A DNA stretch of 64,000 nucleotides. Source: a virus (taxonomy: Duplodnaviria; Caudoviricetes). Numbering within the stretch: the first letter of the stretch is position 1; every line of letters begins with the position of its first letter. Shown here one piece after another: positions 53,234-62,761 of the stretch. A program made the translations under genes and the position numbers. The notes under the pieces were generated by a model that ran no database searches, was not told the DNA's origin, and was given only the letters and a program-made list of their open reading frames with translations. The DNA lies in IMG/VR virus record IMGVR_UViG_2521172628_000001, positions 16,261-80,260 of that record, one strand, 5' to 3'.

Positions 53234-54186
53234 CAGGCGGCTGCTTTCTGCTGATACGGGTTGAGGGATTTGGTGGTGCCGTCGGGCTTGGCGATGCGGT
53301 AGGCGATGCGGCGTTCGCCGACGACGGCCCGCCGGCCGGTGCCGATGTGGTCGAGGACGACGCTCTTCGCGGCGGTCAGTTCGGCAGCAGCGGCCTTGGA
53401 GGCGGCCTGCGCGTTCTCGTAGCGGGCGGCGTCTTCGGCGGGGATCTCGACGTCGACGTCGTCGAAGTGGTCGGGCTGGACGCGGATCGTCTGGTAGGTG
53501 TCGTCCGCCGTGTCGATGGGCGGGCGCACTCCGTCGCGGACCTCTTCGAGGAACTTCACGGCCGCCTCGCGGAGGATCTTCGCCTCGGCCTCGTCGTAGT
53601 CGACGACGTATTCGCGGTAGTCCCAGCCGCCGATCAGCAGGGCGAAGCGGGTACGGCGCAGGCCCAGCGTGTCCATCTGCCAGATGACTTGGCAGCGGTA
53701 CCAGACCGGCACCCCGTCCTCGGCGCCGTCCGGCCCCCAGTCGTCGCCGAACGGGCTGGTCTTCACCTCCAGCAGTTCCTCAGCGCGCTCCGGGATCTCG
53801 AACTCGCCTGCGGGCTGCGGGTAGATGAGCCGGTCCGGGGTGGCCCGCTGCCAGGCACGCTCACGGTGCCGCCACGTGCCCGCGGGGGCGGCGAGCCGGC
53901 CGGGGTGCTCGTCCTGCCACTTGCCGGCGACCGCATCCTCCAGACGGCTCCCCCACTCGATCGCCGGGGTCATCTCGAACGGTGCGACCCGCAGCCCGGC
54001 CTTCTTGTGCCACAGCGTGAAGCGGGACATCCACGGGGAGAGGTTGACGGCGGCGGCGATCTCGGTGGCGGTGATGCACAGTCCGGCGCGGGCCTCGTCC
54101 CAGGCTTCCGAGCCGGGGGTGAGGTGGCCGAGCAAGACTCCCTCCGGCGCTGGATAGGGGTGACTGATGGTGCTTTCGGTGCTCAT
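53233..54186 (-). CDS. YqaJ/lambda-type exonuclease (RecE partner)
   Basis: ITATE, WGSRLE, ATPDR, LEVKT, YRCQVIWQM. Confidence 0.9.
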   Translation of the reverse strand: MSTESTISHPYPAPEGVLLGHLTPGSEAWDEARAGLCITATEIAAAVNLSPWMSRFTLWHKKAGLRVAPFEMTPAIEWGSRLEDAVAGKWQDEHPGRLAAPAGTWRHRERAWQRATPDRLIYPQPAGEFEIPERAEELLEVKTSPFGDDWGPDGAEDGVPVWYRCQVIWQMDTLGLRRTRFALLIGGWDYREYVVDYDEAEAKILREAAVKFLEEVRDGVRPPIDTADDTYQTIRVQPDHFDDVDVEIPAEDAARYENAQAASKAAAAELTAAKSVVLDHIGTGRRAVVGERRIAYRIAKPDGTTKSLNPYQQKAAA

Positions 54187-54388
54187 GTGACCTTCCAGAA
54201 GGTGTGCTGATGGGTGGCGGGCCGGCCCCGACCGGGGGGGGGGTGCGGGGCCGGCCGCCTCGGATGCCGCGGCGTGGGGGTCGCTGCGGCGGGCTGTGAA
54301 GTTGGGGTGGGCCCCGCCGCCGCAGGGGGGGCGTTGGCGGCGGGACCCGGCCGCGGCACGCTGGGGGGAAGTGCGCGCCAGCGGCGGT

Positions 54389-55498
54389 CTAGGTGAGCCG
54401 GACGGGCATGCACACGGCCCGGTAGGTGTCGTCGTCGACCGGCTCGATCAGCACCGGCTTGCGGGGCGTGAACAGCCAGATCCGCACCGGGCCCTCAACG
54501 GGGGCGAGCAGTGAGGCGAGGTAGTGCGGGTTGAAGGCGATGGCGAAGTCGTCGACGTCGGCGTCCGCGGCGAGTTCGCTGCTGCCGCGCTGGCCCGCAC
54601 CGCCGCCCCGGACCGTGGCCTTGCCTTCGGCGAAGGTGATGTTGATCGGGTTCTTGTCCTCGATGACCAGGGCGGCACGGTTCACTGCGGCCAGCAGCTC
54701 GGCGGTGTCGACGAGCGCTGAGCCTGCGGCGGCCTCCGGCTTGGGGAAGAAGCCTGCGATGTCGGGGAACTTGCCGGCGATGGTGCGGCTGGTCACCGTT
54801 AGGGTGTCGGTGGCCAGCGAGGCGACGGCCCCGTAGGAGTCGGCGAAGCCGAGCTGCACGGGGCGGCCGGCGGTCTGTTTGACGGTGGCCGCGAACTCTC
54901 CGGCGGGGATCAGCAGTTCGCCGGCCCGGTCGTTGTCGGGCTGCCACGGCAGGGTGCGGCGCACGATGCGGTACCGGTCCGAAGCCGACACGGTCAGCTG
55001 GTCGCCGTCGACGAGGACGTGCACGCCAGCGAAGCCGACGAGGCTGCCCACCGCCTCCTTCATCGGCAGGGTGCACTGGGAGGCATGCCCAACCGCGGCG
55101 GCCAGGAGATCCCCGTCGACGCTGCCCGCGGCCCCGGGGGCGTCGGGCAGGGCCGGGTAGTCGCTCACGGGCATCGCTGGCAGTGCGAACGTGGTGCCCG
55201 GCGCCGAGACGGTCACCTCGTGCTCGTCGGCGACCACGTCTACGAGGCCGGCCGGGAAGGTGGCGGACACGTCGGCGAGCAGCCGCCCGGACACCAGCGC
55301 GGTTCCCGGCTCCAGGATTTCCGCGTCCAGGACGGCCCGGGTGCTGGTCTCGTAGTCGAAGCCGGACAGGGTGACCGCGTCCTCGGTGGCTTCGATGAGG
55401 AGCCCGGCGAGGATCGGTGCGATCGGGTTGTTGGGGAGGCGGCGGTGTGCGCGGCGTGCCGCGTCCGCCAGCTCCTTCTGGTCGATGCGGAGTTTCAT
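54389..55498 (-). CDS. dnaN: DNA polymerase III beta sliding clamp (phage copy)
   Basis: PILAGLLI, LSGFDYETS, DYPALP, ASDRYR, IAFNPHYL, CMPVRL. Confidence 0.9.
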   Translation of the reverse strand: MKLRIDQKELADAARRAHRRLPNNPIAPILAGLLIEATEDAVTLSGFDYETSTRAVLDAEILEPGTALVSGRLLADVSATFPAGLVDVVADEHEVTVSAPGTTFALPAMPVSDYPALPDAPGAAGSVDGDLLAAAVGHASQCTLPMKEAVGSLVGFAGVHVLVDGDQLTVSASDRYRIVRRTLPWQPDNDRAGELLIPAGEFAATVKQTAGRPVQLGFADSYGAVASLATDTLTVTSRTIAGKFPDIAGFFPKPEAAAGSALVDTAELLAAVNRAALVIEDKNPINITFAEGKATVRGGGAGQRGSSELAADADVDDFAIAFNPHYLASLLAPVEGPVRIWLFTPRKPVLIEPVDDDTYRAVCMPVRLT

Positions 55499-55656
55499 GC
55501 CGCCGCCTCCCCGTCCTCGTCGTCGAAGGCGAACTGGTTGGGGTCGACGGCCGGCGTCTTCGGCTCGGGCATCGTCTCGACGGCGGGCCACGGCTTGGGC
55601 TGGCCGCTGCCGGTGACCGCGGTGTCGGGGAACAAGGCGAGCTGGTTGGCGTCCAT
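55495..55656 (-). CDS. 53-aa peptide with two clamp-binding-like motifs
   Basis: AGGAG RBS; MDANQLALFP...DPNQFAFDDE; ATGA overlap with dnaN; absent from ORF track. Confidence 0.7.
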   Translation of the reverse strand: MDANQLALFPDTAVTGSGQPKPWPAVETMPEPKTPAVDPNQFAFDDEDGEAAA

Positions 55657-55674
55657 GACGATCTCCTGGCGGGG

Positions 55675-56328
55675 TCAGGCGGCCGCGGCCGCGGAAGGGG
55701 TGGGGTCTGCCTGCTCGGCCGGCACGTCGTCCATGGCGCGGATCAGCTCGCAGCCGGTGCACTCACAGCGCGACCCGACCTGGCGGTGACCGTGGCCGGC
55801 GTGCAGCCGCCGCCCCTCGGCCAGAACCACCTCACGCAGTCGCCGGATCTCACCGTTCAGCTTCTCCACGAGCTGCACGCCCGGGTTCTTCGCGGCGTCT
55901 TCGAGGCTCTGGCGGTCGCCGACCATTCCGGACAGCAGCCACTTCGCGTTGTCCGCTGCCGCCTTCAGGTCACGCACCTGCTGGATCGGCGCCCTGCCGT
56001 CAACCGGGAGTTCCGAGGCGCGGTGTACGACCTCGTTGATAGGCCGGGCGGAGTTGCGCAGGATCACCTGCAGGTACAGGCCGGCGCGGGCGGTGATGTC
56101 ACCCTGCGCGGAGGCACGGGCCGCCGCGTACACGGAACGGTCATGCTTGACCTGGTCCTGCAGCAGGCTGCTGTGGTTGTTCTCGTGGCGGCGGGACTCG
56201 GCCCAGGCCCGGTCGACCTGGCGCAGCAACAGCTCCGTGTCAGACAGGCTGGTGACGTCCTCGCCGAAGCGGGCGTACTCGTCGCGGATCGCGGCAATAC
56301 GCTCAACGGCGGATGGTGTGGCGGTCAC
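55675..56328 (-). CDS. Hypothetical protein
   Basis: GGAGG RBS; C-terminal CECTGC. Confidence 0.7.
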   Translation of the reverse strand: MTATPSAVERIAAIRDEYARFGEDVTSLSDTELLLRQVDRAWAESRRHENNHSSLLQDQVKHDRSVYAAARASAQGDITARAGLYLQVILRNSARPINEVVHRASELPVDGRAPIQQVRDLKAAADNAKWLLSGMVGDRQSLEDAAKNPGVQLVEKLNGEIRRLREVVLAEGRRLHAGHGHRQVGSRCECTGCELIRAMDDVPAEQADPTPSAAAAA

Positions 56329-56396
56329 AGGATCCCTCCATGGGAAACTCGGTGGTGGACCCCTGCCGGCTGGACCCCGGCGGGGTTTCTTCTTGA

Positions 56397-56615
56397 TCAG
56401 ACGGCGCTGAGCACCGCGTCGCGGGCGCTGTCGTGCGCCGCATCGGAGGCCGTGCAGGCGAGACGCCCACCCCCGAGGTCGGTCCACTCCGAACTGACGG
56501 CCCAGTCGGCCGCCAGTTCCGGGGTGTCGAGGCGAAGCTCCCCGTCGTCGACGATGAGTCGCTGCTCGCACACGTCGCATTCGGCGACATGGCAGGTGAT
56601 CTGTCGGACAGGCAT
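56397..56615 (-). CDS. Small zinc-binding protein
   Basis: CDVC...C...H; AAGGAG RBS. Confidence 0.65.
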   Translation of the reverse strand: MPVRQITCHVAECDVCEQRLIVDDGELRLDTPELAADWAVSSEWTDLGGGRLACTASDAAHDSARDAVLSAV

Positions 56616-56678
56616 GTGAAGGCTCCTTGTCGGGTTGTCCGCCTGCCGGCCAGGAACGGCACCGGCCGGCAGGCGCGT

Positions 56679-57122
56679 TCAGGGGGTGGTGACCCGGCCG
56701 GGGTCAGTGACGGCCTTTGTCGGCCCGACGCCGAGTGCGGCCCACAGCGGCCGGACGTCGATCGGGGCGGTCGCCTGGTCGGCCGGGTGGCTGGTGTCCC
56801 GTTCCATCGCCGGCACGTCGATCCGGTTGGCGTTGGCTTCGGCGGCGAGGTACGGGGCGAGCCGCTCCCGCAGGTAGGCGATCTCGTCCTCGGCGGCCTG
56901 GAGGTCTTCGCGGCTGCCGGACAGGTCGATGGCGGCCTGGTCGAAGTCGGCTTCCAGTTGGTTGCGTTCGGCCTTCAGCTCGTCGACTTCGGTGGTCAGC
57001 TCGATGACCTTGCAGGTGGTTTCGTCGAGGTCGGCTTCGAGGCGGCGGATCTTCTGCACGAGCTGCCACGGGGTGAGGCCGCGATGCTTGGCCTTCGCCT
57101 TCACGTCCTGGAGGAGGCTCAC
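56679..57122 (-). CDS. Coiled-coil protein
   Basis: Long heptad region; GTGA coupling. Confidence 0.7.
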   Translation of the reverse strand: MSLLQDVKAKAKHRGLTPWQLVQKIRRLEADLDETTCKVIELTTEVDELKAERNQLEADFDQAAIDLSGSREDLQAAEDEIAYLRERLAPYLAAEANANRIDVPAMERDTSHPADQATAPIDVRPLWAALGVGPTKAVTDPGRVTTP

Positions 57123-57391
57123 TTCGCCGCCACCCCCCGCACGCTGGCCGCGGTGTCTCGGAGCAGCTTGGCCGCCTCCCGCTTGCCGTGGCCGCGGGCG
57201 TCGTTCCAGGTGACGATCGCGGCCTGCTCGATGCGGGCCAGGAGGGCTTCCTCGGCCCGCCACACGAGCAGCGACCGCCCGGTGTAGACGGGGGCGCCGT
57301 GGGCGGCGATGTTGAGGGCGGCGGCCCGCTGCACGTGCCGGGGCAGCCAGACCGGGCCGAGCCCGTGCGTCCCCAAGTCCTGGCCGGACAT
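57119..57391 (-). CDS. Hypothetical protein (TWNDARG motif)
   Basis: TGATG coupling. Confidence 0.6.
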   Translation of the reverse strand: MSGQDLGTHGLGPVWLPRHVQRAAALNIAAHGAPVYTGRSLLVWRAEEALLARIEQAAIVTWNDARGHGKREAAKLLRDTAASVRGVAAK

Positions 57392-57573
57392 CAGGCACCG
57401 CCTGTGAACTCGTCGGGCAGCTCCAGGAGCCCGGCTTCGATGGAGGCGATGACGTCCGGGTCCGTGATCCATGCGGGCACGATCCGGCGGGTGACGCCGA
57501 GGGCGGACAGCAGGCCCGGCAGGATCACCGGCTTCGCGTCGTCGGGCATCGCCGGCAGGTCGAGGACGGCCAT
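57391..57573 (-). CDS. Hypothetical protein
   Basis: TGATG coupling. Confidence 0.6.
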   Translation of the reverse strand: MAVLDLPAMPDDAKPVILPGLLSALGVTRRIVPAWITDPDVIASIEAGLLELPDEFTGGA

Positions 57574-57746
57574 CACGCGGCCACCCATCCGGCGTCGATG
57601 CGTGCGGCGTCGAGACGCAGCTCGTACTCGCGGATCTGGCCCGACGTCCAATCCCGCTCGTCCGGGCCGAACTCGCGGTGGGCCTCGGCCCACACCTTGA
57701 TGAGCGCGTCCTCGACGACGTCGGCGAGGCGGATCGGGGAGGCCAT
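57573..57746 (-). CDS. Hypothetical protein (MASPIRLADVVEDAL...)
   Basis: Fills the gap exactly; absent from ORF track. Confidence 0.6.
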   Translation of the reverse strand: MASPIRLADVVEDALIKVWAEAHREFGPDERDWTSGQIREYELRLDAARIDAGWVAA

Positions 57747-57998
57747 TCAGACCACCGCCTTGAGCGGCTGCGGCTGCTGCTGGCGCAGCGTCCACGCCTT
57801 CAGCTCGGCAACCGCTTCGGCGAGCTCGTCCAGCACGTCGGGGCTGGTGCGGGTGACGGAGATGGCCACGGACTGCCCGGCCTCACCGATGATCAGCTGG
57901 GCGCACGGCTTGCCGTCGTGGTCCCGGAAGTGCTTGGTCCGGATCGGCCCGTCGTTCAGGTCGAGGTTGATCCCGCCGTAGATCTCGGCACGGTTCAT
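57747..57998 (-). CDS. Hypothetical protein
   Basis: GAGGAG RBS. Confidence 0.65.
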   Translation of the reverse strand: MNRAEIYGGINLDLNDGPIRTKHFRDHDGKPCAQLIIGEAGQSVAISVTRTSPDVLDELAEAVAELKAWTLRQQQPQPLKAVV

Positions 57999-58237
57999 GA
58001 GGTGCTCCTCTGAAGGTTGGTGCCGACGGCCTCGCGCCACTCGTTGAAGTCGTCGAGCGGCATCCCGCCGCCGTCCGCCTCGGTCCCGTGGTCGTTAAGG
58101 GCTGTCGCCGCGGCGAGAGCGAGGGTGGCGTGAACCTGGGCGGCGTCCACGAGGTTGCGGCTGAGGTCGGCGTAGTCGCGGCTCGCAGCGCGCCGCAGCA
58201 AACCCTCGGCGGTGCGGTAGTGCTCGGGTCCGGTCAC
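57995..58237 (-). CDS. Hypothetical phage protein
   Basis: TGPEHYRTAEGLL...AQVHATLALAAATAL. Confidence 0.7.
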   Translation of the reverse strand: MTGPEHYRTAEGLLRRAASRDYADLSRNLVDAAQVHATLALAAATALNDHGTEADGGGMPLDDFNEWREAVGTNLQRSTS

Positions 58238-58482
58238 GACTGGCCCTCCTCGGGCGTGGTGGTGGGTGCGAGGAACGCCCGCAGGCGGGCGGCGGAGGCT
58301 TCGGCGAGCTGCTCGCGCTGCCGGGCAACCAGGTCGTTCATCTGCTGCTTCAGGCGGGTGCTGGGCACATCCGCGGCCTCGATGCGCGGGGCCGGGGTGA
58401 TCGGGCTGGCGTGACCGAACGGCACCGGCAGGGCGCCCGCGAACTCGACGGGGATGTCCAGGGGTGTGGCCGGGCGGGTCAT
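58234..58482 (-). CDS. Hypothetical protein
   Basis: Coupled. Confidence 0.6.
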   Translation of the reverse strand: MTRPATPLDIPVEFAGALPVPFGHASPITPAPRIEAADVPSTRLKQQMNDLVARQREQLAEASAARLRAFLAPTTTPEEGQS

Positions 58483-58784
58483 CGGGCCACCGCCTTGGGT
58501 AGGCCGGCCAGGGCGTCAGCCCACGCCAGGTCGTTGCCGGTCCCCACGAAGCGGGCCTCAACCCGGGCGCCGAACTCGGTCAGTTCGTAGCGGGCCTCGA
58601 ACGAGCCGGCCGGGGTGTACGCCGACCGCTGCGTCGACGTCTTCACGTAGGCGCTGCTGATGTAGTCGACCGCGCCCTCGGCGCTCTGCGACGAGTTGTA
58701 CTCGCCGACCGGCTGCCACACGCCCGGGTTCGCGCGGCATGCGGCGGCCACGGTGAAGTGGTTGATGTGATTGCGGCGGGTCAT
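58479..58784 (-). CDS. Hypothetical protein
   Basis: RANPGVW..AYTPAGSFEAR; coupled. Confidence 0.65.
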   Translation of the reverse strand: MTRRNHINHFTVAAACRANPGVWQPVGEYNSSQSAEGAVDYISSAYVKTSTQRSAYTPAGSFEARYELTEFGARVEARFVGTGNDLAWADALAGLPKAVAR

Positions 58785-59512
58785 GCGGCCACCGCCTTAC
58801 GGGCGGCGTCGTACTGGCCGATCGCCCACACGGCGGCGTGGCACTGGTAGACGAAGTGGTAGTTCAGCTTGTCGACGTCCCACTCGGTGAAGTCGTCGAA
58901 GTCGAAGCCGCTCACACGCTGGAGCCGGACAGTGTGCTTCTTGCCGTCCGCCTTGTGGTCGTAGTACTTCCAGAGCGCCACCGAGTCGTAGGAGCCCTCG
59001 TCGCTGGTGGTGCCGCACGAGCACTCAGCCCGGTACTTCACCTCGTGCTCGAACCCGTTGACGAGCTCGAATGCCGTGTCCTTGGTGTCCAGCAGGTGGC
59101 TGTCGAGGATCTCCTCGCGGACCGCCGCCTCCAGGCCCTCCGGCGCCCAGTCGTCCCGGATCGCCTCCGCGACCCGCTCGTTGATCTGGGCCTCCATCCG
59201 GCTGCGGTCGTACTCGCGGACCGAGTCGGTACCGTTGACCAGCTTCGACGACCAGGAGCCCGCATCGGCCCGCAGGCCTCGCAGCCAGTCGAACATGTCC
59301 TTGGTGTCGTTGCCGTACCGCTCGAAGTGGTACGAGCCGTGCGAGCCGGCGACGAGCAGGTTGTACGGCCACGTCACGACGATCAGACGGTTCATGGTCT
59401 TCGGGGCGGCGAACTCGATGTGACGGAACAGGCCGTCCTCGCGCTGCTCCTTGAGCTTGGCCTCGGCGAAGTCGGAGGCGAAGTGGCGGGCGATCTCTGC
59501 GTAGTCGCTCAT
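58781..59512 (-). CDS. Hypothetical phage protein
   Basis: DGLFRHIEF..VTWPYNL..CHAAVWAIGQYD. Confidence 0.75.
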   Translation of the reverse strand: MSDYAEIARHFASDFAEAKLKEQREDGLFRHIEFAAPKTMNRLIVVTWPYNLLVAGSHGSYHFERYGNDTKDMFDWLRGLRADAGSWSSKLVNGTDSVREYDRSRMEAQINERVAEAIRDDWAPEGLEAAVREEILDSHLLDTKDTAFELVNGFEHEVKYRAECSCGTTSDEGSYDSVALWKYYDHKADGKKHTVRLQRVSGFDFDDFTEWDVDKLNYHFVYQCHAAVWAIGQYDAARKAVAA

Positions 59513-60078
59513 GCCGTCACCTCGTCCTGGGTTCCGGCCGCGATCCGCAGGCCCATCTCGACCTCGAACAGCGAGGCAGCCTTCACGTGGTCCGGCTCCG
59601 TGGACTGCATGAACTGCAGGCGCTGGACAGCCACAGCCATCGCGGCCTGCAACGCGGCGAGCTCGGCCTGCTGCTTGGCGTGGGCCGTCTCGGCTGCGTG
59701 CTCCGGGGAGAAGACCTGCGTGCCGTACTTCTGGGCGGTGGCGCACGGCCAGCCGGTGACCTCGCCTTCCTCCCAGCAGACCGCGCACAGCCACGAGTTC
59801 GGCACACCGCAGCCGTCGAAGACGGGGACGTGGAAGCGGGCCGGAAGCTTCTCGTTGTCCTCCAGCGAGAAGCCCGCGAGGAGCTCGTAGTGCGGGTGGT
59901 CCGGGGCTTGCAGCAGGGTGGCCCGCCGCGCGCAGCCATCGTGCTCGACCGGCTCACCGGCGGCGACATTGCCGCGGCACGTGCCGCACGCGGACGGGTC
60001 GGCGTGGCTGCTCTTCGCGGCCAGGTGCTTGGCGCGGGCCTCGACCCAGAACGGGTCCATGTCCGGGTAGTCAGTCAT
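59509..60078 (-). CDS. Hypothetical Cys-containing protein
   Basis: Coupled; CAVC..WPCAT. Confidence 0.65.
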   Translation of the reverse strand: MTDYPDMDPFWVEARAKHLAAKSSHADPSACGTCRGNVAAGEPVEHDGCARRATLLQAPDHPHYELLAGFSLEDNEKLPARFHVPVFDGCGVPNSWLCAVCWEEGEVTGWPCATAQKYGTQVFSPEHAAETAHAKQQAELAALQAAMAVAVQRLQFMQSTEPDHVKAASLFEVEMGLRIAAGTQDEVTA

Positions 60079-60881
60079 GCCGCACCGTCCAGGGTGAGCG
60101 TGGTGGGGTACTTGGCGGCGTACTTGCGGGCCCAGGTCAGCTCGAACACGGGCCGGTGGCGCTCCGTCCACGCCTTCGTCCTGCGCACCGAACCGTTCGG
60201 CAGCTCCGACTGACGCTCCTGCGGAGCCTCAACACCCAGCTCCGTGCAGATCTCGATCGCGTACCGGCCGAACCACGACTGCACCGACTCGATGTCCTTG
60301 CGCTTCAACCCCAGCGCCTTCAGGAAGTCCGGCACGTACAGGGGGACATCGAGCGGGTCGACCTCCGGCTCCTCGCCCAAGGCACGGGCAGCGACGAGGC
60401 GGCCCTTCGTCTCCAGCCACTCCGGCGAGACGATCCCGGAGAGGATCGACAGCACCTCGGCCTGCTGCTTGGCGCGGGAAATCAGGGAGTCAAGCTGGTT
60501 CTCGGTGGCGCGGGGGTTGATCGCGCCGCCCTCGGTCCAGTAGGCGTTGACCGCGGAGGTCGTCTCCTTCTGGTAGGCGACGAGCGTCTCGCGGACGTCC
60601 TCGGCGACCTTGTTCTCGTTCACCGTGGCGAGCCACATGAGGAAGGTGCGGACGTCCACCACGGCCATGCGATAGGTCTTGCCATCGGCGCCAGTTGTGG
60701 GGATATCCCTACGACTGGCCCACGAGCGGTCGCGAAGCTTGCGGAGCTGGGTGGAGTAGTCGAGGCCGATCGCCTCGACCGCGGGGCGGAACACCACGTG
60801 CGGCTCGCCGTCGACCAGAACGGTCTGAACGGAGCCGGCAGTGAGATCGAGTTTCACGACCTCGTGCGACGATGTGGACAA
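60075..60881 (-). CDS. Antirepressor (P22 Ant N-terminal-like domain)
   Basis: VVFRPAVEAIGLDYSTQLRKL..GADGKTYRM..MWLATVNENKV..YQKE..YWTEG. Confidence 0.85.
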   Translation of the reverse strand: MSTSSHEVVKLDLTAGSVQTVLVDGEPHVVFRPAVEAIGLDYSTQLRKLRDRSWASRRDIPTTGADGKTYRMAVVDVRTFLMWLATVNENKVAEDVRETLVAYQKETTSAVNAYWTEGGAINPRATENQLDSLISRAKQQAEVLSILSGIVSPEWLETKGRLVAARALGEEPEVDPLDVPLYVPDFLKALGLKRKDIESVQSWFGRYAIEICTELGVEAPQERQSELPNGSVRRTKAWTERHRPVFELTWARKYAAKYPTTLTLDGAA

Positions 60882-60984
60882 GGTCCACTCCTGTTCTCTA
60901 CGGGATGTGTGGGTGGATCGGCGGCTCTAGGGCCGCGGCGCCCCTGCTGCCGGTGTGCACCCGGCGGTCGGGGCGTTTGCCGTC

Positions 60985-61302
60985 TCAGGCAGCCTTGTTG
61001 AACGGCTGGACCGTGAACTGCTCGGAGATGGCCCGGATGTTCATGCCGGAGAACCAGATGCGGTTGCCGTTGTTCACATGCTCGACCTGGCGGGCGAACG
61101 CCATCTTCTTGAGCTTGTGCTTCTCGAACGGAAGCCACTGGGCGGCCTCGGCCGGCGTGTAGTGGAAGTAGGCGCCTTCCGGCGTGCCCGGCGCGGGGAT
61201 GCCCTCGCGGATCTGGTCCCAGGTGGGGGGCTTCCTGCGGACGGGGGCGTGGGGGGCGCTGTCGCGGATGGGTGCGTCAGTCGTGGCCTGGGGGGTGGTC
61301 AC
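60985..61302 (-). CDS. Excisionase-like HTH protein
   Basis: YTPAEAAQWL..RIWFS; AAGGAG RBS; follows Cro-like gene. Confidence 0.6.
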   Translation of the reverse strand: MTTPQATTDAPIRDSAPHAPVRRKPPTWDQIREGIPAPGTPEGAYFHYTPAEAAQWLPFEKHKLKKMAFARQVEHVNNGNRIWFSGMNIRAISEQFTVQPFNKAA

Positions 61303-61505
61303 GGGGTCTCCTTGTGGGTGATGTCGTTGGGGGTGACACCCAGCGCGTCCGCCACGATTTCGATGTTGGTGTCGCTCAGGCCGGCGAGTCCGCGTTCGAC
61401 GCGGGACAGATGCGACCTGTGGATCCCCGTCTTGGCGGAGAGCGTGCGCAGGCTCATATTGAGAGCCCTCCTTCTGTAGCGGATAGCGCTGGAGTGCGGT
61501 CTCAC
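61299..61505 (-). CDS. Cro-like XRE HTH regulator
   Basis: MSLRTLSAKTGIHRSHLSRVERG. Confidence 0.85.
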   Translation of the reverse strand: MRPHSSAIRYRRRALNMSLRTLSAKTGIHRSHLSRVERGLAGLSDTNIEIVADALGVTPNDITHKETP

Positions 61506-61721
61506 GCCTCAAAACCTAGCCACATGGAGAGCCTTCGGCAAGCCTCAGGAGAGCTTTGGTGGCACTTTTTTAGAGCTGTCGATGCTTCAGATGTCACCGA
61601 CGTGCCGGTACGTACTGCACGCCCCATGCAACCCAAACGCTCTGTTTGTGCGCTCATCCGCAGGTCAAAAGGCCGGAACACGGCTAGGTGGTTGCATGGC
61701 GGTAGTGCATGATGTGGAGAC
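61506..61721. promoter_or_regulatory. Divergent CI/Cro control region
   Basis: Intergenic between divergent XRE genes; repeated AGAGC boxes; operators not resolved. Confidence 0.55.
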
Positions 61722-62246
61722 ATGGAGTCAGAGCGAGACTGGGAACGGCTGGGCAACGCCTTCGCCGACGCGCGCAAAGCAGCCGGCCTCACGCAGGTCG
61801 AGGTCGCACAGCGCCTGTCCGTGACCCGGACGCCGATCCAGGCCGTCGAGCGCGGCAGGCAGCCGAACGGCAACCCGTTCAACAAGATCACCGCAACGAT
61901 GCGCGCCTACGCGCGTCTTGTCGGCTGGACTGAGGACTCCCCCGCACGCATCCTCCGCGGGGAGGAGCCAGAACAGGCCACGCGCCCCGATTCGGGTGCG
62001 GAGTCCGAGTCGGCTTCCGATCTCCCGATGGCCGTGCAGCGCGAACTGCGCTCCGGGCGCACCCTCGACCACGCCGTCGTCAACCTCGGCAGCGAGGCCG
62101 ATGACGACACCAGGCTCATCGTCGTCCTCCAGGGCGGAGAGGACATGACGGAGGAAGAGATCGACGCAGCCTGGGAGAAATGGCGCAAGACTCGACGTCA
62201 CCTTCAGGCAATCCCCGGCGAAACAGACACCCCCCAGGAAACCTGA
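61722..62246 (+). CDS. CI-like XRE repressor
   Basis: ARKAAGLTQVEVAQRLSVTRTPIQAVERG; divergent from Cro-like gene. Confidence 0.85.
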   Translation: MESERDWERLGNAFADARKAAGLTQVEVAQRLSVTRTPIQAVERGRQPNGNPFNKITATMRAYARLVGWTEDSPARILRGEEPEQATRPDSGAESESASDLPMAVQRELRSGRTLDHAVVNLGSEADDDTRLIVVLQGGEDMTEEEIDAAWEKWRKTRRHLQAIPGETDTPQET

Positions 62247-62343
62247 GGCAATTCCGGCCTCAGACGGTCGACGGTGACTCAAAACTGTGCTTCGATGCAC
62301 GGACCGTCACCGAGGGGGGGCACTGCTCGGATCGGGGAAGAGC

Positions 62344-62742
62344 ATGTGGGTCATGCAAGTTGAGCGCGTCCAGGGGGAGTACCGAGACCCCGAAATCATC
62401 GATCTGGAAGACGGCACCGGCTGCCTGTTCAAAATTCACGAGTCGGACATCAGCGAGGACGGCACGAAGATGCTTGCCGACCTCCTCACTGAACAAGCCC
62501 AGCGCTGGGCCCCCCGGCCGGCCGACGAGGTCGGACCCGTCATCCCCGTGCACTGGGACTGCGTGCCGGACCTTCCCGAGCCCTTCGCCATAGGAGTCGA
62601 CGACGGGCCGGACGCCATCATCTACACCGTGGACTCGTCCATCCTCAGCCAGCGCGCCGGCGACTATCTCGGCAGACTCGACACCGAACGGTCGCCCCAC
62701 TGGCAGCGTGTACCCAAGGGCTACCACGACGACGTCAAGTAG
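62344..62742 (+). CDS. Hypothetical protein between repressor and integrase
   Basis: GC3-rich ORF; exact start uncertain. Confidence 0.65.
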   Translation: MWVMQVERVQGEYRDPEIIDLEDGTGCLFKIHESDISEDGTKMLADLLTEQAQRWAPRPADEVGPVIPVHWDCVPDLPEPFAIGVDDGPDAIIYTVDSSILSQRAGDYLGRLDTERSPHWQRVPKGYHDDVK

Positions 62743-62761
62743 CCGAGCGCGAGGGGGCACC

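Noticed and set aside
39784-60881. Many proteins ending in GEAA/EAA/GGA
   Set aside because: By-product of the next gene's GGAGG RBS in translationally coupled operons, not a shared protein tag
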